Below, in pieces: positions 33,564 through 44,737 of a stretch of 64,000 nucleotides of DNA. Source of the stretch: an uncultured Aliarcobacter sp. (GTDB lineage: Bacteria; Campylobacterota; Campylobacteria; Campylobacterales; Arcobacteraceae). The stretch spans positions 32,001 through 96,000 of the forward strand of contig CAXXLV010000002.1 in the NCBI GenBank assembly GCA_963664305.2, read 5' to 3'. The number at the start of each line of letters is the position of its first letter. The stretch's first letter is position 1. A model generated the notes under the pieces. That model saw only the letters and a program-made list of their open reading frames with translations, had not been told where the DNA came from and ran no database searches. The position numbers and the translations under genes were made by a program.

Positions 33564-34832
33564 TTGAATTGGTTAGATATAGATAAAACTCATGTATGGC
33601 ATCCTTATAACGCACTTCCTTCAAAAACAAAAATTCTTCCTGTAAAAAGAACAGATAAAACAACAATATTTTTAGAAACAGGTGAAGAATTAATTGATGG
33701 AATGAGCTCTTGGTGGAGTGCAATTCATGGATATAATAATCCAAAATTAAATGAAGCCTTAAAAAAGCAAGTCGATATTATGCCACATATTATGTTTGGT
33801 GGATTAGCACATGAACAAGCTTCACTTCTGTGTGAAAAATTAGTTAAATTAACTGGATTAAATTCTGTTTTTTTATGTGATAGTGGTTCTGTTTCAGTTG
33901 AAGTTGCACTAAAAACAGCAATTCTTTATCAAAAAGCAAAAAATCTAAATAAATATAAATTTTTAGCGTCAAAAAATGCATATCATGGTGATACTTTAGG
34001 TGCTATGAGTGTTTGTGACCCTGAAAACTCAATGCATTCAATCTATGGTTCATATTTAAGTGAACATATTTTTACAAAATCACCAGCTCTTGGATTTAAT
34101 ACTGATTGTTCAAAAGAGATAGAAGAATTAGAAAAAATATTTGAAAAACATCATAATGAAATTGCTGGATTTATTTTAGAACCAATCGTACAAGGTGCAG
34201 GAGGAATGAGAATTTATAATCCTACATATCTAAAAAAAGCAAGAGAACTTTGTTCTAAATATGACATTCTACTTATTTTAGATGAAATTGCAACTGGTTT
34301 TGGACATACTGGAAAAATGTTTGCTTTTGAGCATGCTAATATTAAACCAGATATTATAACTGTAGGAAAAGGTTTAACTGGTGGTTATATGACTATGGCT
34401 GCTATGATTACTTCAAAAGATGTGAGTGATACTATTTCTAATAGTGAAATCGGTGTATTAATGCATGGACCAACCTTTATGGCAAATCCATTGGCTTGTA
34501 GTGTAGCAAATGCAAGTATAGATTTACTTCTAAATTCTTCTTGGCAAAATAAAGTAAAAAGAATTGAAGAAATTTTTACAGAAGAGTTAGAAAAAATAAA
34601 AGGACATCCTTTAGTAAAAGATGTAAGAAATATTGGAGCTATTGGAGTAATAGAATTAAAAGATGATTGTTACGCTCAAGAAGTTCAAGATTTCTGTGTT
34701 AAAAATGGAGTTTGGTTAAGACCTTTTGGAAAGTTAGTTTATTCAATTGTTGCATATACTATAGAAGAAAAGGATTTAGTAAAAATAATAAGAACAATGT
34801 GTGAAGCAATAAAATCTATAAAGAAAAGTTAA
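33564..34832 (+). CDS. bioA: Adenosylmethionine-8-amino-7-oxononanoate aminotransferase
   Basis: WHPY, SSWW..HGY, DSGSVSVEVALK, DEIATGFG, GKGLTGGY, HGPTFMANPLAC. Confidence 0.96.
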   Translation: MNWLDIDKTHVWHPYNALPSKTKILPVKRTDKTTIFLETGEELIDGMSSWWSAIHGYNNPKLNEALKKQVDIMPHIMFGGLAHEQASLLCEKLVKLTGLNSVFLCDSGSVSVEVALKTAILYQKAKNLNKYKFLASKNAYHGDTLGAMSVCDPENSMHSIYGSYLSEHIFTKSPALGFNTDCSKEIEELEKIFEKHHNEIAGFILEPIVQGAGGMRIYNPTYLKKARELCSKYDILLILDEIATGFGHTGKMFAFEHANIKPDIITVGKGLTGGYMTMAAMITSKDVSDTISNSEIGVLMHGPTFMANPLACSVANASIDLLLNSSWQNKVKRIEEIFTEELEKIKGHPLVKDVRNIGAIGVIELKDDCYAQEVQDFCVKNGVWLRPFGKLVYSIVAYTIEEKDLVKIIRTMCEAIKSIKKS

Positions 34833-35489
34833 ATGAAAAAAGATAATTTAAAAAAATTAGTAGCAAATTTGCCAAAACATCCAAATGTTTTAGGAAGACA
34901 TAGATTTTTTAATAGTGCTGTGTTAATTCCTCTTGTAAAAATTAAAGGTGAATATCATTTACTTTTTCAAAAAAGAGCTTCTCATATTAGACAAGGTGGC
35001 GATATTTGTTTTCCTGGTGGTGGTTTTGAAGAAGGTGTTGATAAAGATTTTAAAGATACAGCTTTAAGAGAGACTTTTGAAGAGTTAGGAATTGAAAAAA
35101 AAGATATAAAAATTTTAGGACAACTTGATACTTATGTAGCTCCAATTGGTGCAGTGATTGAATCATTTGTAGCAAGAGTTAAGAAAAAAGCATATAAAAA
35201 TATGAAAATTGACCATAATGAAGTTGAAAAAACTTTATTAATTCCTATTACTTTTTTTAAAGAAAATGAACCAGAAGAGTATACTTTAGCCCATGAAATT
35301 CAACCATATAAAGTTGATGAAAATGGAAATAAAGAGGTGTTCTTCCCTGTTGAAGAGTTAGGACTTCCTGATACTTATAAAAAACCTTGGGGAAATAAAA
35401 AACATAAAATTTGGGTTTATAAATATGATGGTGAAGTAATTTGGGGAATTACTTCAGTTTTAATAAAAGATGTAATAGATAAGTATTAA
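34833..35489 (+). CDS. Nudix hydrolase, CoA pyrophosphatase-like
   Basis: SAVLIPL, ICFPGG, ALRETFEELG, IWGIT. Confidence 0.88.
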   Translation: MKKDNLKKLVANLPKHPNVLGRHRFFNSAVLIPLVKIKGEYHLLFQKRASHIRQGGDICFPGGGFEEGVDKDFKDTALRETFEELGIEKKDIKILGQLDTYVAPIGAVIESFVARVKKKAYKNMKIDHNEVEKTLLIPITFFKENEPEEYTLAHEIQPYKVDENGNKEVFFPVEELGLPDTYKKPWGNKKHKIWVYKYDGEVIWGITSVLIKDVIDKY

Positions 35490-35827
35490 ATAGTCATTAC
35501 AGCATAAGTTTCATCTTTTAAAGCTTTAGTTAAAAGCTCTCCTGTATGTGTGATTTCTATATTTAATTCATTTAAAATAGAAGTTGCATCATAATCTTCA
35601 ACGCAAACAATACAAGCACTCATTTTTACACCAGTTTTTTGGATTTTTAGAAGTTGTTCTTGGATATTTTTATTTTCTTTTGCAAGTTTTATAGATGGTC
35701 CCCAAAGCATTAAGTGAGCTGTTTGCCAATATCCTCTATCTAAAATAACTGAAGAATAAAGTAATGGAAATTTATTTGCAACTTCAATATCACCATTTGT
35801 CCAAACAATTAATAAATTATCTTTCAT
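35486..35827 (-). CDS. DsrE-family protein
   Basis: LIVWT...WGPS...ACIVC pattern. Confidence 0.7.
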   Translation of the reverse strand: MKDNLLIVWTNGDIEVANKFPLLYSSVILDRGYWQTAHLMLWGPSIKLAKENKNIQEQLLKIQKTGVKMSACIVCVEDYDATSILNELNIEITHTGELLTKALKDETYAVMTI

Positions 35828-35947
35828 ATTTTTCCCTATAATTAATTTTTTGAATTATATAATAATCATTATATTTTTTGTAAATAAGCTTTATGGCATG
35901 GTATGATATTATAATTTTTATAAAATAAAATTATATTAGGTAGTTAG

Positions 35948-36751
35948 ATGTTCGGATTTGAATTCTTATTTGCGTATGCTTTATTAGGTATAGTTGTTGG
36001 AATTGCAGCTGGTTTATTAGGAATTGGTGGTGGAGGAATAATAGTTCCTGTACTTACAACACTTTTTTTAGCACAAGGGATTTCTACTGAAAATGTTGTA
36101 CATCTTGCACTTGGGACTTCAATGGCTACGATAGTTATAACATCAATTTCTAGTTTAAGAGCTCATAATAAAAAAAATGGTGTTATTTGGGATGTGGTAA
36201 AAATGATGGCACCTGGAATTTTAATAGGAACATTTTTAGCAACATTTTTAGCTTCTGTTTTAAGTTCATTATTTTTAGCTGTTTTCTTTTCTATTTTTAT
36301 GGCATATGTTTCTATTCAAATGTTTTTAAATAAAAAGCCAAAACCTAGTAGAACTTTGTTCACTCCAATAATCCAATTTTTTTCCGCTTCAATAATAGGA
36401 GCAATTTCAGCCTTAGTTTCTATTGGTGGTGGATCACTTAGTGTTCCTTATTTATTGTGGCAAAATGTTGAGTTGAAAAAAGCAATAGGTACAAGTTCAG
36501 CTATTGGTTTACCAATAGCAATAAGTGGAACATTAGGTTATATGATAAATGGTTGGTCACATACAAATTTAGATAATTTGATGTTAGGTTATGTTTCTTT
36601 ACCAGCTTTTTTTATGGTTGCCTTTTTTAGTTTTTTAACTGCACCAATTGGTGTTAAATTGGTTCATATTTTACCTGTTGAAATTGTAAAAAAAGTTTTT
36701 GCTTGCTTATTAATGTTTTTAAGTATTAAAATGTTACTAACATTTATTTAA
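35948..36751 (+). CDS. Sulfite exporter TauE/SafE family protein
   Basis: GLLGIGGGGIIVP, ALGTS, SIGGGSL, AIGTS; multiple TM segments. Confidence 0.9.
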   Translation: MFGFEFLFAYALLGIVVGIAAGLLGIGGGGIIVPVLTTLFLAQGISTENVVHLALGTSMATIVITSISSLRAHNKKNGVIWDVVKMMAPGILIGTFLATFLASVLSSLFLAVFFSIFMAYVSIQMFLNKKPKPSRTLFTPIIQFFSASIIGAISALVSIGGGSLSVPYLLWQNVELKKAIGTSSAIGLPIAISGTLGYMINGWSHTNLDNLMLGYVSLPAFFMVAFFSFLTAPIGVKLVHILPVEIVKKVFACLLMFLSIKMLLTFI

Positions 36752-36765
36752 AAAAAGAGAGAATT

Positions 36766-36843
36766 ATGAATAGAATATTATTAGAAGATATAGAGATCAA
36801 ACCTTCAAAAGTTGTTTGTATAGGAAGAAATTATATGGATCAC
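36766..36843 (+). pseudogene. 5' fragment (26 codons) of the host FAH-family gene interrupted by the island
   Basis: MNRILLEDIEIKPSKVVCIGRNYMDH, homologous to the N-terminus of 42778..43398, then stops within the island end. Confidence 0.9.
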
Positions 36844-36859
36844 ACCCATTAGTTAGATA
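36844..36859 (+). repeat. Left terminal inverted repeat ACCCATTAGTTAGATA
   Basis: 14/16 match to the reverse complement of 63144..63159. Confidence 0.75.
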
Positions 36860-36947
36860 CATAAAACTTACACTCATTAGTATAAATTTTATGTACAATA
36901 GTTGATTTACTATGATAATATAGGGAAAATTATTTTTAGGATTTCCT

Positions 36948-38366
36948 ATGTTAAAAAATTTTATTACAAATTTAGAAATTTACACTCCCACAATTAAATC
37001 AAATAATAATCTCCCAATAGCTAACGAAAATGGTGAGGTCATTTATTATAAAAAGATTGAAAATAATAATGATGAATCAAACATCTATTATGAATTTCCT
37101 TTTGTAGTTAAAAGTGATGGAACTCTTTGGTATGAAGCTAATATGTATTTATTATGGAAAATTGATAATAATCCTACAATTGATCCCCAAACATTAAAAA
37201 ATCACTCTTTTTCATTGCAAGATTATATTAATTTTTGCGAGAGAGAAAATATTGATTGGAGTGTTGCAAAAAAAATTACATCTAGACCTAATTGGAAATA
37301 TAGAAAATATTTAGATGAAAGACTATTAAATGGTGAAATATGTCCAAATACACTGAAAAAAATTATTAGTCCCAATACATCTTTTTATAATTATATGATA
37401 GATGTTAGAGGACATTCTTTTGATGTTAAATTATTTAATTTAATAAAATCAACTATTTTCAATAAGAATAAGTATGGAAGAATTTTTCTCAAGGATGTAA
37501 ATTGTTATGATATTAATCAAGTTAATATATCTGTGAATCGTTATGATGAAAGTATAATAGATGATGGTAAAAAATTAAAACCATTGACTTATAAAGAGCA
37601 GAGTATTTTGTTTAATACATTAAGCATTTTAAATAATTATGAAATGAAATTGATTTTTCTTTTTTCAGTTCTTACTGGAGCTAGAATTGAAACAGTTCTT
37701 ACATTACGCTTGAAACATTTTGTTAATAGTTTACCTATAAATTATTCTGAGAATGAAATTTTAAAATGGCAAAATAATCAAGAAAAGTTTGATTCTATTT
37801 CAAAATATTTTTTACCTGTAGGTCCAGGAACAGGTGTAGATACTAAAAAAGATAATAATTATGATTTAGTTTTGTCAAAAAGATTAAAAGAATTAATCAT
37901 TACGTATATAATTTCTAAAACAGCATTTAATCGTAGAAGTAAAGCAAAGCCTCAATCTAGTGAATTAGAACAATATGTATTTCTTTCAAATAGAAGTAAC
38001 CCTTATTTTATATCATCTACTGATATACATAGAAAAGAAAATAAAAATAAAAATAAACAAAAAGGGGGAACAATAAATACTTTTATTTGCAATACTTTAA
38101 AACCTAAATTAAAAGAATTAAATAGATTTTTTCCTTTTCATTTTCATAACTTGAGAGCAACTTTTGCAATGAATTATCTGATAATAAATCAACCATTAGT
38201 AGATAAAGGAATGATGACTCAACTTCAATTAGCTTTAAATTTACAAAAGTTAATGGGTCATAAAAAAATAACAAGCACCATGAAATATATTGATTATTAT
38301 AGTCTAACTAAAGATATAAATCAAGCTCATGACTTTCATGAAGAAAAACTTTTAAGTTGGTTATAA
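36948..38366 (+). CDS. Tyrosine recombinase (GinA-like)
   Basis: LTGARIE (R), HNLRAT (HxxR), LMGH...STMKY (H, Y): catalytic residues present. Confidence 0.88.
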   Translation: MLKNFITNLEIYTPTIKSNNNLPIANENGEVIYYKKIENNNDESNIYYEFPFVVKSDGTLWYEANMYLLWKIDNNPTIDPQTLKNHSFSLQDYINFCERENIDWSVAKKITSRPNWKYRKYLDERLLNGEICPNTLKKIISPNTSFYNYMIDVRGHSFDVKLFNLIKSTIFNKNKYGRIFLKDVNCYDINQVNISVNRYDESIIDDGKKLKPLTYKEQSILFNTLSILNNYEMKLIFLFSVLTGARIETVLTLRLKHFVNSLPINYSENEILKWQNNQEKFDSISKYFLPVGPGTGVDTKKDNNYDLVLSKRLKELIITYIISKTAFNRRSKAKPQSSELEQYVFLSNRSNPYFISSTDIHRKENKNKNKQKGGTINTFICNTLKPKLKELNRFFPFHFHNLRATFAMNYLIINQPLVDKGMMTQLQLALNLQKLMGHKKITSTMKYIDYYSLTKDINQAHDFHEEKLLSWL

Positions 38367-38367
38367 A

Positions 38368-40332
38368 ATGAAGAATAAAAAATATTTTAATATAGAAAAT
38401 TTGACGGAAATTCACACATTATATATAAATTATGATGAGTTATTAAATATGATTATTGATGAAGAACGTAAAAATATTGATTATTCACGTATTGGATTAA
38501 TGTATAAAAAATTAAGAATCAATTTATCTCATATTATGTATAAAAAAGTTGTTAAAAAAACTTACGGTAATAAAGGGGCTAAATATTTTGTAGATTTAGA
38601 AACTTTAAATAGTAAAAATTCAAAAATAATTGATGATTTAATAAAAATGCTTTGTCAATATAACATATGTAATCCAATAAAAAATATTAATTCTATAAAG
38701 AATATTATAAATAGTGTACTATATTTTATTAATTGGATTAATGAACAATCCAAAGATTATCCTATTATATTGGATGAAGGAATTAATTGTTTTATAGAGT
38801 ATAAAATATATTTAAGAAGTTTAATTAAAAATAATTTAATTGTTTCTACTACTGCACATTTTAGAAGTGTATGGGCATTGAAATTATTAGAAATTTCAGT
38901 AAATGATAATGAAGGAATAATATCAAAAGATATCAATGTTATAAAAGGGAAGGAAATTAAAAATAATGATTTCTCAATCACTACGAAGTCTGAAAAAGAA
39001 TTTGAATATGTATTTGCTTTTTATTATAATTTTTTCAATCAAGTTAGTGATTTCTTACTTGAAAAAAGATCTTATCCCTATTCAATTTCATTACCAAGAG
39101 GTCCTGCAACCATAATTCCAAGTTTAAAAGCAAAAGTTATCCCTTCATATCAAGAATATGGTAATAATAATATTGCAATTGATCATTATGATGGTCATAT
39201 ATTAAATGATCATGAAATTGAATTAATAACATCTGAATTAAAAGGAAAAGAACGTTGGAATAAGAAAAGTAGTATTAAAGTTGCAAGGAATAAGCTATTA
39301 CTATTATTATCAGAAGTTAATGAACAATTTAATCATGAACATAGACTTTCCCTTTCCAAAAGAGCAATGGATGCCTGGTATATGATTATGCTTGCAATTA
39401 CTGGTACTAATGAATCTTCATTAGGTAAATTAAAGTGGAATAATAAGTTTTGTATTACAAGAGATGAATATAATTTTTTAGCTATAAAAAGTAGAGCTAA
39501 TAATAAAAAAGTTCTTTTCAAAATTAGAAAAGGATTTAAAAAAGCATTTGAAAAGTTTCTTAAATTACGTGAATTTGCTTTAAATGGTTATAGTTGTGAA
39601 TATTTATTTTTTGGTGGATATTCTGAAAATTCAAAAATTGTTCAAAATCAAATTGAGGGTTCTCGGGCAGCTGAAATTTATAAAACATTTCTATCTATAG
39701 ATAATAAACTACCCCGTATTTTATCAAGAGATTTTCGTAAAGATTATGGGAATGATTTTTATAAGACAAAGGGTTTAATTGTTGCTTCTGTTGCTCTACA
39801 ACATGATCTCAGTACACATTTACAGCATTATTCTGGTGAAACAAAAGAAGAAAAAGCAAAACAAATAGAAAATTTTTTTGCATCAGTACATACAACAGTT
39901 ACAAATGATATTAATAAAAATATTCAAAAAACTGCATCAGGAAATTGTGATTGTATAGAGGAATTAACACCTGAAATAATAATTGAACAAGATCTAGAAA
40001 TAGAACTTGAATGTATGGATCAAAAAAGTTGTTTGTGGTGTGTGCATTATAGAATTCATAATAATGAAGAAGATATTAGAAAATTGATGAGTATTAAGTA
40101 TATTGTTATAGAGATTTCTTTATCAAGGGCTGAAAATAAAGAACATTATAAAAAAGTTATAAATCCTTGGTTAAATCGTATTGAAATGATATGTAAAGAA
40201 ATGATTAGCTTAGATTCAAATTCAAAACTATTAATAAATAAAATATGGGAAGAAGTAAAATATGAAGGCAAGCTTACTCCATATTGGTTAAGATGGTTAG
40301 ATTTATTAGATGAGTTAGGAGTTTTAAAATGA
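38368..40332 (+). CDS. Degenerate tyrosine-recombinase-fold protein (GinB-like)
   Basis: ITGTNES in place of TGxR, SRDFRK, LQH...LQHYS; C-terminal Cys cluster (GNCDC, CLWC). Confidence 0.65.
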   Translation: MKNKKYFNIENLTEIHTLYINYDELLNMIIDEERKNIDYSRIGLMYKKLRINLSHIMYKKVVKKTYGNKGAKYFVDLETLNSKNSKIIDDLIKMLCQYNICNPIKNINSIKNIINSVLYFINWINEQSKDYPIILDEGINCFIEYKIYLRSLIKNNLIVSTTAHFRSVWALKLLEISVNDNEGIISKDINVIKGKEIKNNDFSITTKSEKEFEYVFAFYYNFFNQVSDFLLEKRSYPYSISLPRGPATIIPSLKAKVIPSYQEYGNNNIAIDHYDGHILNDHEIELITSELKGKERWNKKSSIKVARNKLLLLLSEVNEQFNHEHRLSLSKRAMDAWYMIMLAITGTNESSLGKLKWNNKFCITRDEYNFLAIKSRANNKKVLFKIRKGFKKAFEKFLKLREFALNGYSCEYLFFGGYSENSKIVQNQIEGSRAAEIYKTFLSIDNKLPRILSRDFRKDYGNDFYKTKGLIVASVALQHDLSTHLQHYSGETKEEKAKQIENFFASVHTTVTNDINKNIQKTASGNCDCIEELTPEIIIEQDLEIELECMDQKSCLWCVHYRIHNNEEDIRKLMSIKYIVIEISLSRAENKEHYKKVINPWLNRIEMICKEMISLDSNSKLLINKIWEEVKYEGKLTPYWLRWLDLLDELGVLK

Positions 40333-42357
40333 TTGTAGAAAATTATCCTTTTTATGATTTTGAAGATATTGAAGATTTAAGAAATCCTGATAAGTTATTT
40401 TCTGATTCATCAAAAAAATACATAGAACCTAAAGCGGATTTTGTAATTAGTAGAAACTCTTTAGGGGAAAAAATTTCTTCGTATGGAGATGATATTTGGG
40501 ATTTGACCCCCTTATTCAAGAAAAACTATAAATATTCATTTTGAAACGATTTTAGATGATGAACTAAAAAAAGAATCTAAACGTATTTTATTTATGTATT
40601 TATTTAAAACAGAAGGAAAAGGATCATCACATGTAAGTGGAGAAAGTTTAAATGGTGTTTATTTAATGGGAGTACGACCAATAATAGATTTTATTTTTCC
40701 TAAGAAATTCACACTTAAACAATTTTTTGAAAATGATAAATATATAAATGATTATTTAAAATATATAGAAAAAAATTGTTTATATATATGTATTCATTTT
40801 CAAATCATTTTGAATCTTTTAAATAAATTGAGAGTAGAACACAGTGGCATAAATTATAAAGAATCAAAAAATAATAATCAGAAATTAGCACAACTTATTA
40901 AAACTTATACTGATAATATGAATCAAACTGAAGTTATTCCAGTCGGAATTTATGTAAAAGCTGCACAAATGCGTTGGCAATATATTGAAGAAATAGAAAA
41001 AAATATTGGAAATATAGTTGGTTTTCTAAAAGAAATGATAGAAAATGAAAATTTTGCATATTCTACTAAAGGCTGCAAAATTGATAAAAATGGTAAAACA
41101 AAAAGATGGATACAAATAGAAAATTTTATTTCTTGGGGAGATGCTGTAAATAAGTATAATTTAAAAGATTTTTATGAAAAATATAATGTAGAATGTAGAC
41201 AACAAGTTCAAAAAATAATTAGATTGATTCAAGGTACATGTCGACATTTAATTCATATGTATACGGGGATGAGAGATAATGAGTGCAGAACTTTAGAAAG
41301 TGATTGTTTTCTTGAAGCAAATGATGAACTACCATGTAGAATACAAGGGATAGAGACCAAAATACATGGAAAATCTACAAAACAAGTATGGATTACGCAT
41401 TCTGAAATAAAAAGAGTAATTACTATTTTAAATCTTATAACTGAACCAATATATGAATTTTATACACCATACTTAACAAAAAAACCTTTAATTATTTCTC
41501 CTGGATTTTTATTAAATCAGAAAAGGAACAAATATTATGAATATCAAGCTTCAGTTGCACGAAGTCTTGGAAAACATAGTTTAAGTGAAATGAAATTAAA
41601 TAATGAACAAATTTCAGTTAAACAATCTCATATAGAAGATGAATTAATGGTGATTGATCCAATTCGTAATTGGACTAATCACAAATGGTTAAAAATTGGA
41701 AAAGCTTGGAATTTTACTTCTCATCAATATAGGAGAAGTTTAGCTGTGTATTCATTAGGAAGTGGTTTAGTTTCCATTTTTGCTTTAAAAGAACAATTTG
41801 GACATCTTTTATCAGATATGACAGAATACTATGGTAATGGATATTTAAAAGCAAAAAATATTTTAGGTATAGAAGATAAAGATCACATTGCAAATTATAT
41901 TAAACGTAATGCTATATATATTGAGGCTATGACTTTTACTAAGGAGGTACTATTATCTGATGAAATACTTTTTGGTGGGGGTGGGATTTTTTTTGATAAA
42001 TATCTAGTCGCAAAAACTCCTGAAGCAAAAAATGTAATTTTAAAAAATCTTTCATTAACAATAAAACAAGTTGAAAAAGGTGAATTACGTTGGCATTCCA
42101 CACCATTAGGTGGGTGTGTAACTTTAGATCCTTGTGATAAATATTTGATACCTACTTCTCTTTTTTCATGTATTAAATGTGAGTATTCTGTTCAAAAAAT
42201 TTCAAAAATTGAAAAAATCATAACATTACAAGAAAAATATATTAATGAGTTTGATATAAGAGATTTAAATTCTATAACACATAGAACAGAAGTTAAAAAA
42301 TTATCAGAATTAAAGAATTATTTAAATTTTTTAAAAGCAAAAGTAAAAATTAATTAA
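40329..42357 (+). pseudogene. Tyrosine recombinase (GinC-like) with a +1 frameshift
   Basis: ORFs 40329..40544 and 40594..42357 join into 675 aa if one C is removed from CCCCC at 40507-40511; YTGMRDNE, HQYRRS, FGH...TEYY motifs; C-terminal Cys cluster. Confidence 0.82.
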
Positions 42358-42368
42358 AGGAAAATTCT

Positions 42369-42725
42369 ATGTCAATTGAAGAAGAATATGAGGCTGCAAG
42401 ATTAAGAATTAAAAAAAATAAGCCACTAATAGTTCCAAAATTTACAAAAGTATCTTATGATTCAGTAGCTTTAGAAGCGGGAAAAAAAGAAGGTTCTATT
42501 AGAAAATCAAGATATCCAGAATTATATGAAAGAATTACAAAAGATAAAGAAGAGTATGAAACAAGTGAAGTAAATGAGTGTAAAGCTTTAAATAAAAGAT
42601 ATAGAAAAGATATTGAAGATTATAAAGTTAGATTGTCAGAAATGTATAATAGGGAGCTAATGTTATTAAAAAGATTAGAAGAATTGGAAAAGATTATTGA
42701 AAATTTTAATAAAAGAAATTTTTAA
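42369..42725 (+). CDS. Small HTH plus coiled-coil accessory protein (GinD/TnpC-like)
   Basis: SYDSVALEAG..GSIRKSRYPEL then a coiled coil; fourth gene of the module. Confidence 0.65.
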   Translation: MSIEEEYEAARLRIKKNKPLIVPKFTKVSYDSVALEAGKKEGSIRKSRYPELYERITKDKEEYETSEVNECKALNKRYRKDIEDYKVRLSEMYNRELMLLKRLEELEKIIENFNKRNF

Positions 42726-42777
42726 AATAGGTTTTTAAATAAACTTATTTTATTATAAAATAAAAAAGGTATAGAGC

Positions 42778-43398
42778 ATGAATTGTATAAATTTTAATAA
42801 TGAAAAGATCAATCCATCAAAAATAATATGTGTCGGAAGAAATTTTGTTGATCATATTACTGAATTGAACAATGAAATACCAGAAAATATGGTAATCTTT
42901 AATAAACCCAATTCTTCAATTTCTCAAGATCTATTTTATTTTTCTGAGGATACTCGATTTGAAGGAGAACTTTGCTTTTTAGTTGTAAATAAAAAAATAA
43001 CAGGTATAGGTTTTGGACTTGATTTAACTAAAGCAAATATACAAAATAAAATGAAAGAAAAGGGATTACCATGGGAAAGAGCAAAGTCGTTTAATGGTTC
43101 TGCTGTTTTTAGCAACTTCATTGAATTTGATGGTGATATGAAAAATTTAACATTTAAACTTTTTATAAATGAAAAACTTCAACAAGAAGGCAATTATGAA
43201 CTGATGATTTATAAACCTGAAATAATGGTTGAAGAAATTGAAACGTTTATGAGTATAGAAGATGGTGATATTATTATGAGTGGTACTCCTAAAGGAGTAG
43301 GAACTTATAAAGTTAATGATACCTTTAAATCTGTAATATATTATAAAGAAGAAATTTTAATAGAACATATTTGGGATGTAAAAAATAACAATAGTTAA
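42778..43398 (+). CDS. FAH family protein, intact island-borne homologue of the disrupted target gene
   Basis: KIICVGRNFVDH, FEGEL, GLDLT, GLPWERAKSF, DGDIIMSGTPKGVG. Confidence 0.92.
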   Translation: MNCINFNNEKINPSKIICVGRNFVDHITELNNEIPENMVIFNKPNSSISQDLFYFSEDTRFEGELCFLVVNKKITGIGFGLDLTKANIQNKMKEKGLPWERAKSFNGSAVFSNFIEFDGDMKNLTFKLFINEKLQQEGNYELMIYKPEIMVEEIETFMSIEDGDIIMSGTPKGVGTYKVNDTFKSVIYYKEEILIEHIWDVKNNNS

Positions 43399-43484
43399 TT
43401 AGAAGTCATAAAATTACATTATTTAAATTAAACAGTTAATTAGAGTTTAATATTTTTTAAATAAAAGAAATTAGTCTATATTTT

Positions 43485-44588
43485 GAGACCGTTAAATATT
43501 CCGTGTCAAAGTAATTCTGATAGGAGAAATCCTATCACACATGAACTTAAATTTTAAGTTCACTATCCAGTCTACCCTCGAAAAATATTGCCAGTTGTGA
43601 AAGTGTTAAACTCCAATTCCATACTGGCATTGTCCATTTTTTCTCAGCATTTTTTATTCCCATAAAAAGCAATTTTAGCAAAGAATTATCATTTGGAAAT
43701 GCACCTTTAGTCTTAGTTAGTTTCCTAAATTGTCTATGTACTGATTCAATTAAATTTGTTGTATTTGTAAGATTTAATTTCTTGTGATTTTTATAGATAA
43801 AAAGATATGGCAAATTATTTCTAATACTACGATAAGCAGCTACAAGTTTTTTTGAGTAAAAAAATATTTTTGACTATCTGGATGAAGAGTAATTTCATTA
43901 AGGAAATCTTTATATTTGATATACCAAATATCTAATGCTTTTATAAATCTACTCTCATCACTATATTTCAATCTAGTCACAATTTTCTTTAACTCTTGGC
44001 TAGCTTCTAGTTTTAGATGTAATGTTATATATCTTTGAATAATACGTTTCTGGTAAAAATGACTCATTTGTACAGGATAATCTTTAAATACGTTAGATAC
44101 CCCTCTTTTACCATCTATTGTTACAGATAAAATTGTATATCCTAGATTCAATAGTTCTATTAATAAATATTTATAATCATCTAATCTTTCTGTTTGTATA
44201 TGTTTCCAAATTAGAATCTCATGGGGGGAAGGCTGTCCATAAAAACTAAAGTACCTAACTTATCTTTTCTTTTACTATAGAAGGTTGTATCACATATTAA
44301 ATTTACTGGTCTTGGATTATGTACTTTTTCAATAGGAAGATATTCTTTAATTTTATAATGAACCCATTGTATAGATTTATTATATTTATCTGCTAAGTTT
44401 TGTAAAGATTGTCTATGATAAACATATTCTTTGAAAAGATGATTTTCTAGTTTTTCTGGTCATCTTTTTGATTGAAATTTTTACCACAATTATTACATTG
44501 ATAACGTTGAATTTCTTTTCTTTTACCAATCTTTTTTGTGTTTTTAGATAAACATTTTGGACATATTTAAGTGTTTTTTTACAGACAT
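43485..44588 (-). mobile_element. Decayed IS256-family transposase region (Zn-ribbon variant N-part, canonical IS256 C-part)
   Basis: CPKC...YQCNNC near 44560, [40 protein letters not shown]; several frameshifts; IS256-like end GAGACCGTTAAATATTCCGTGT at 43485. Confidence 0.75.
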
Positions 44589-44737
44589 CTGTAAATAATC
44601 CTTTTTAACTAACGATAGTACCGAAGTTTACTTAACTTTTTAGACCCTTTTTTAATTAATCCTTTTTTTATATTAACAGGAATAGATAATTATCTATATA
44701 GATGAAATGCCATTTTAAATAATAAACAAAATTTAAT

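Noticed and set aside
35893..35910. Sigma54 promoter upstream of the TauE gene
   Set aside because: TGGCA is present but the -12 TTGC element is missing.
40329..40544. Independent 71-aa gene
   Set aside because: N-terminal part of the frameshifted third recombinase.
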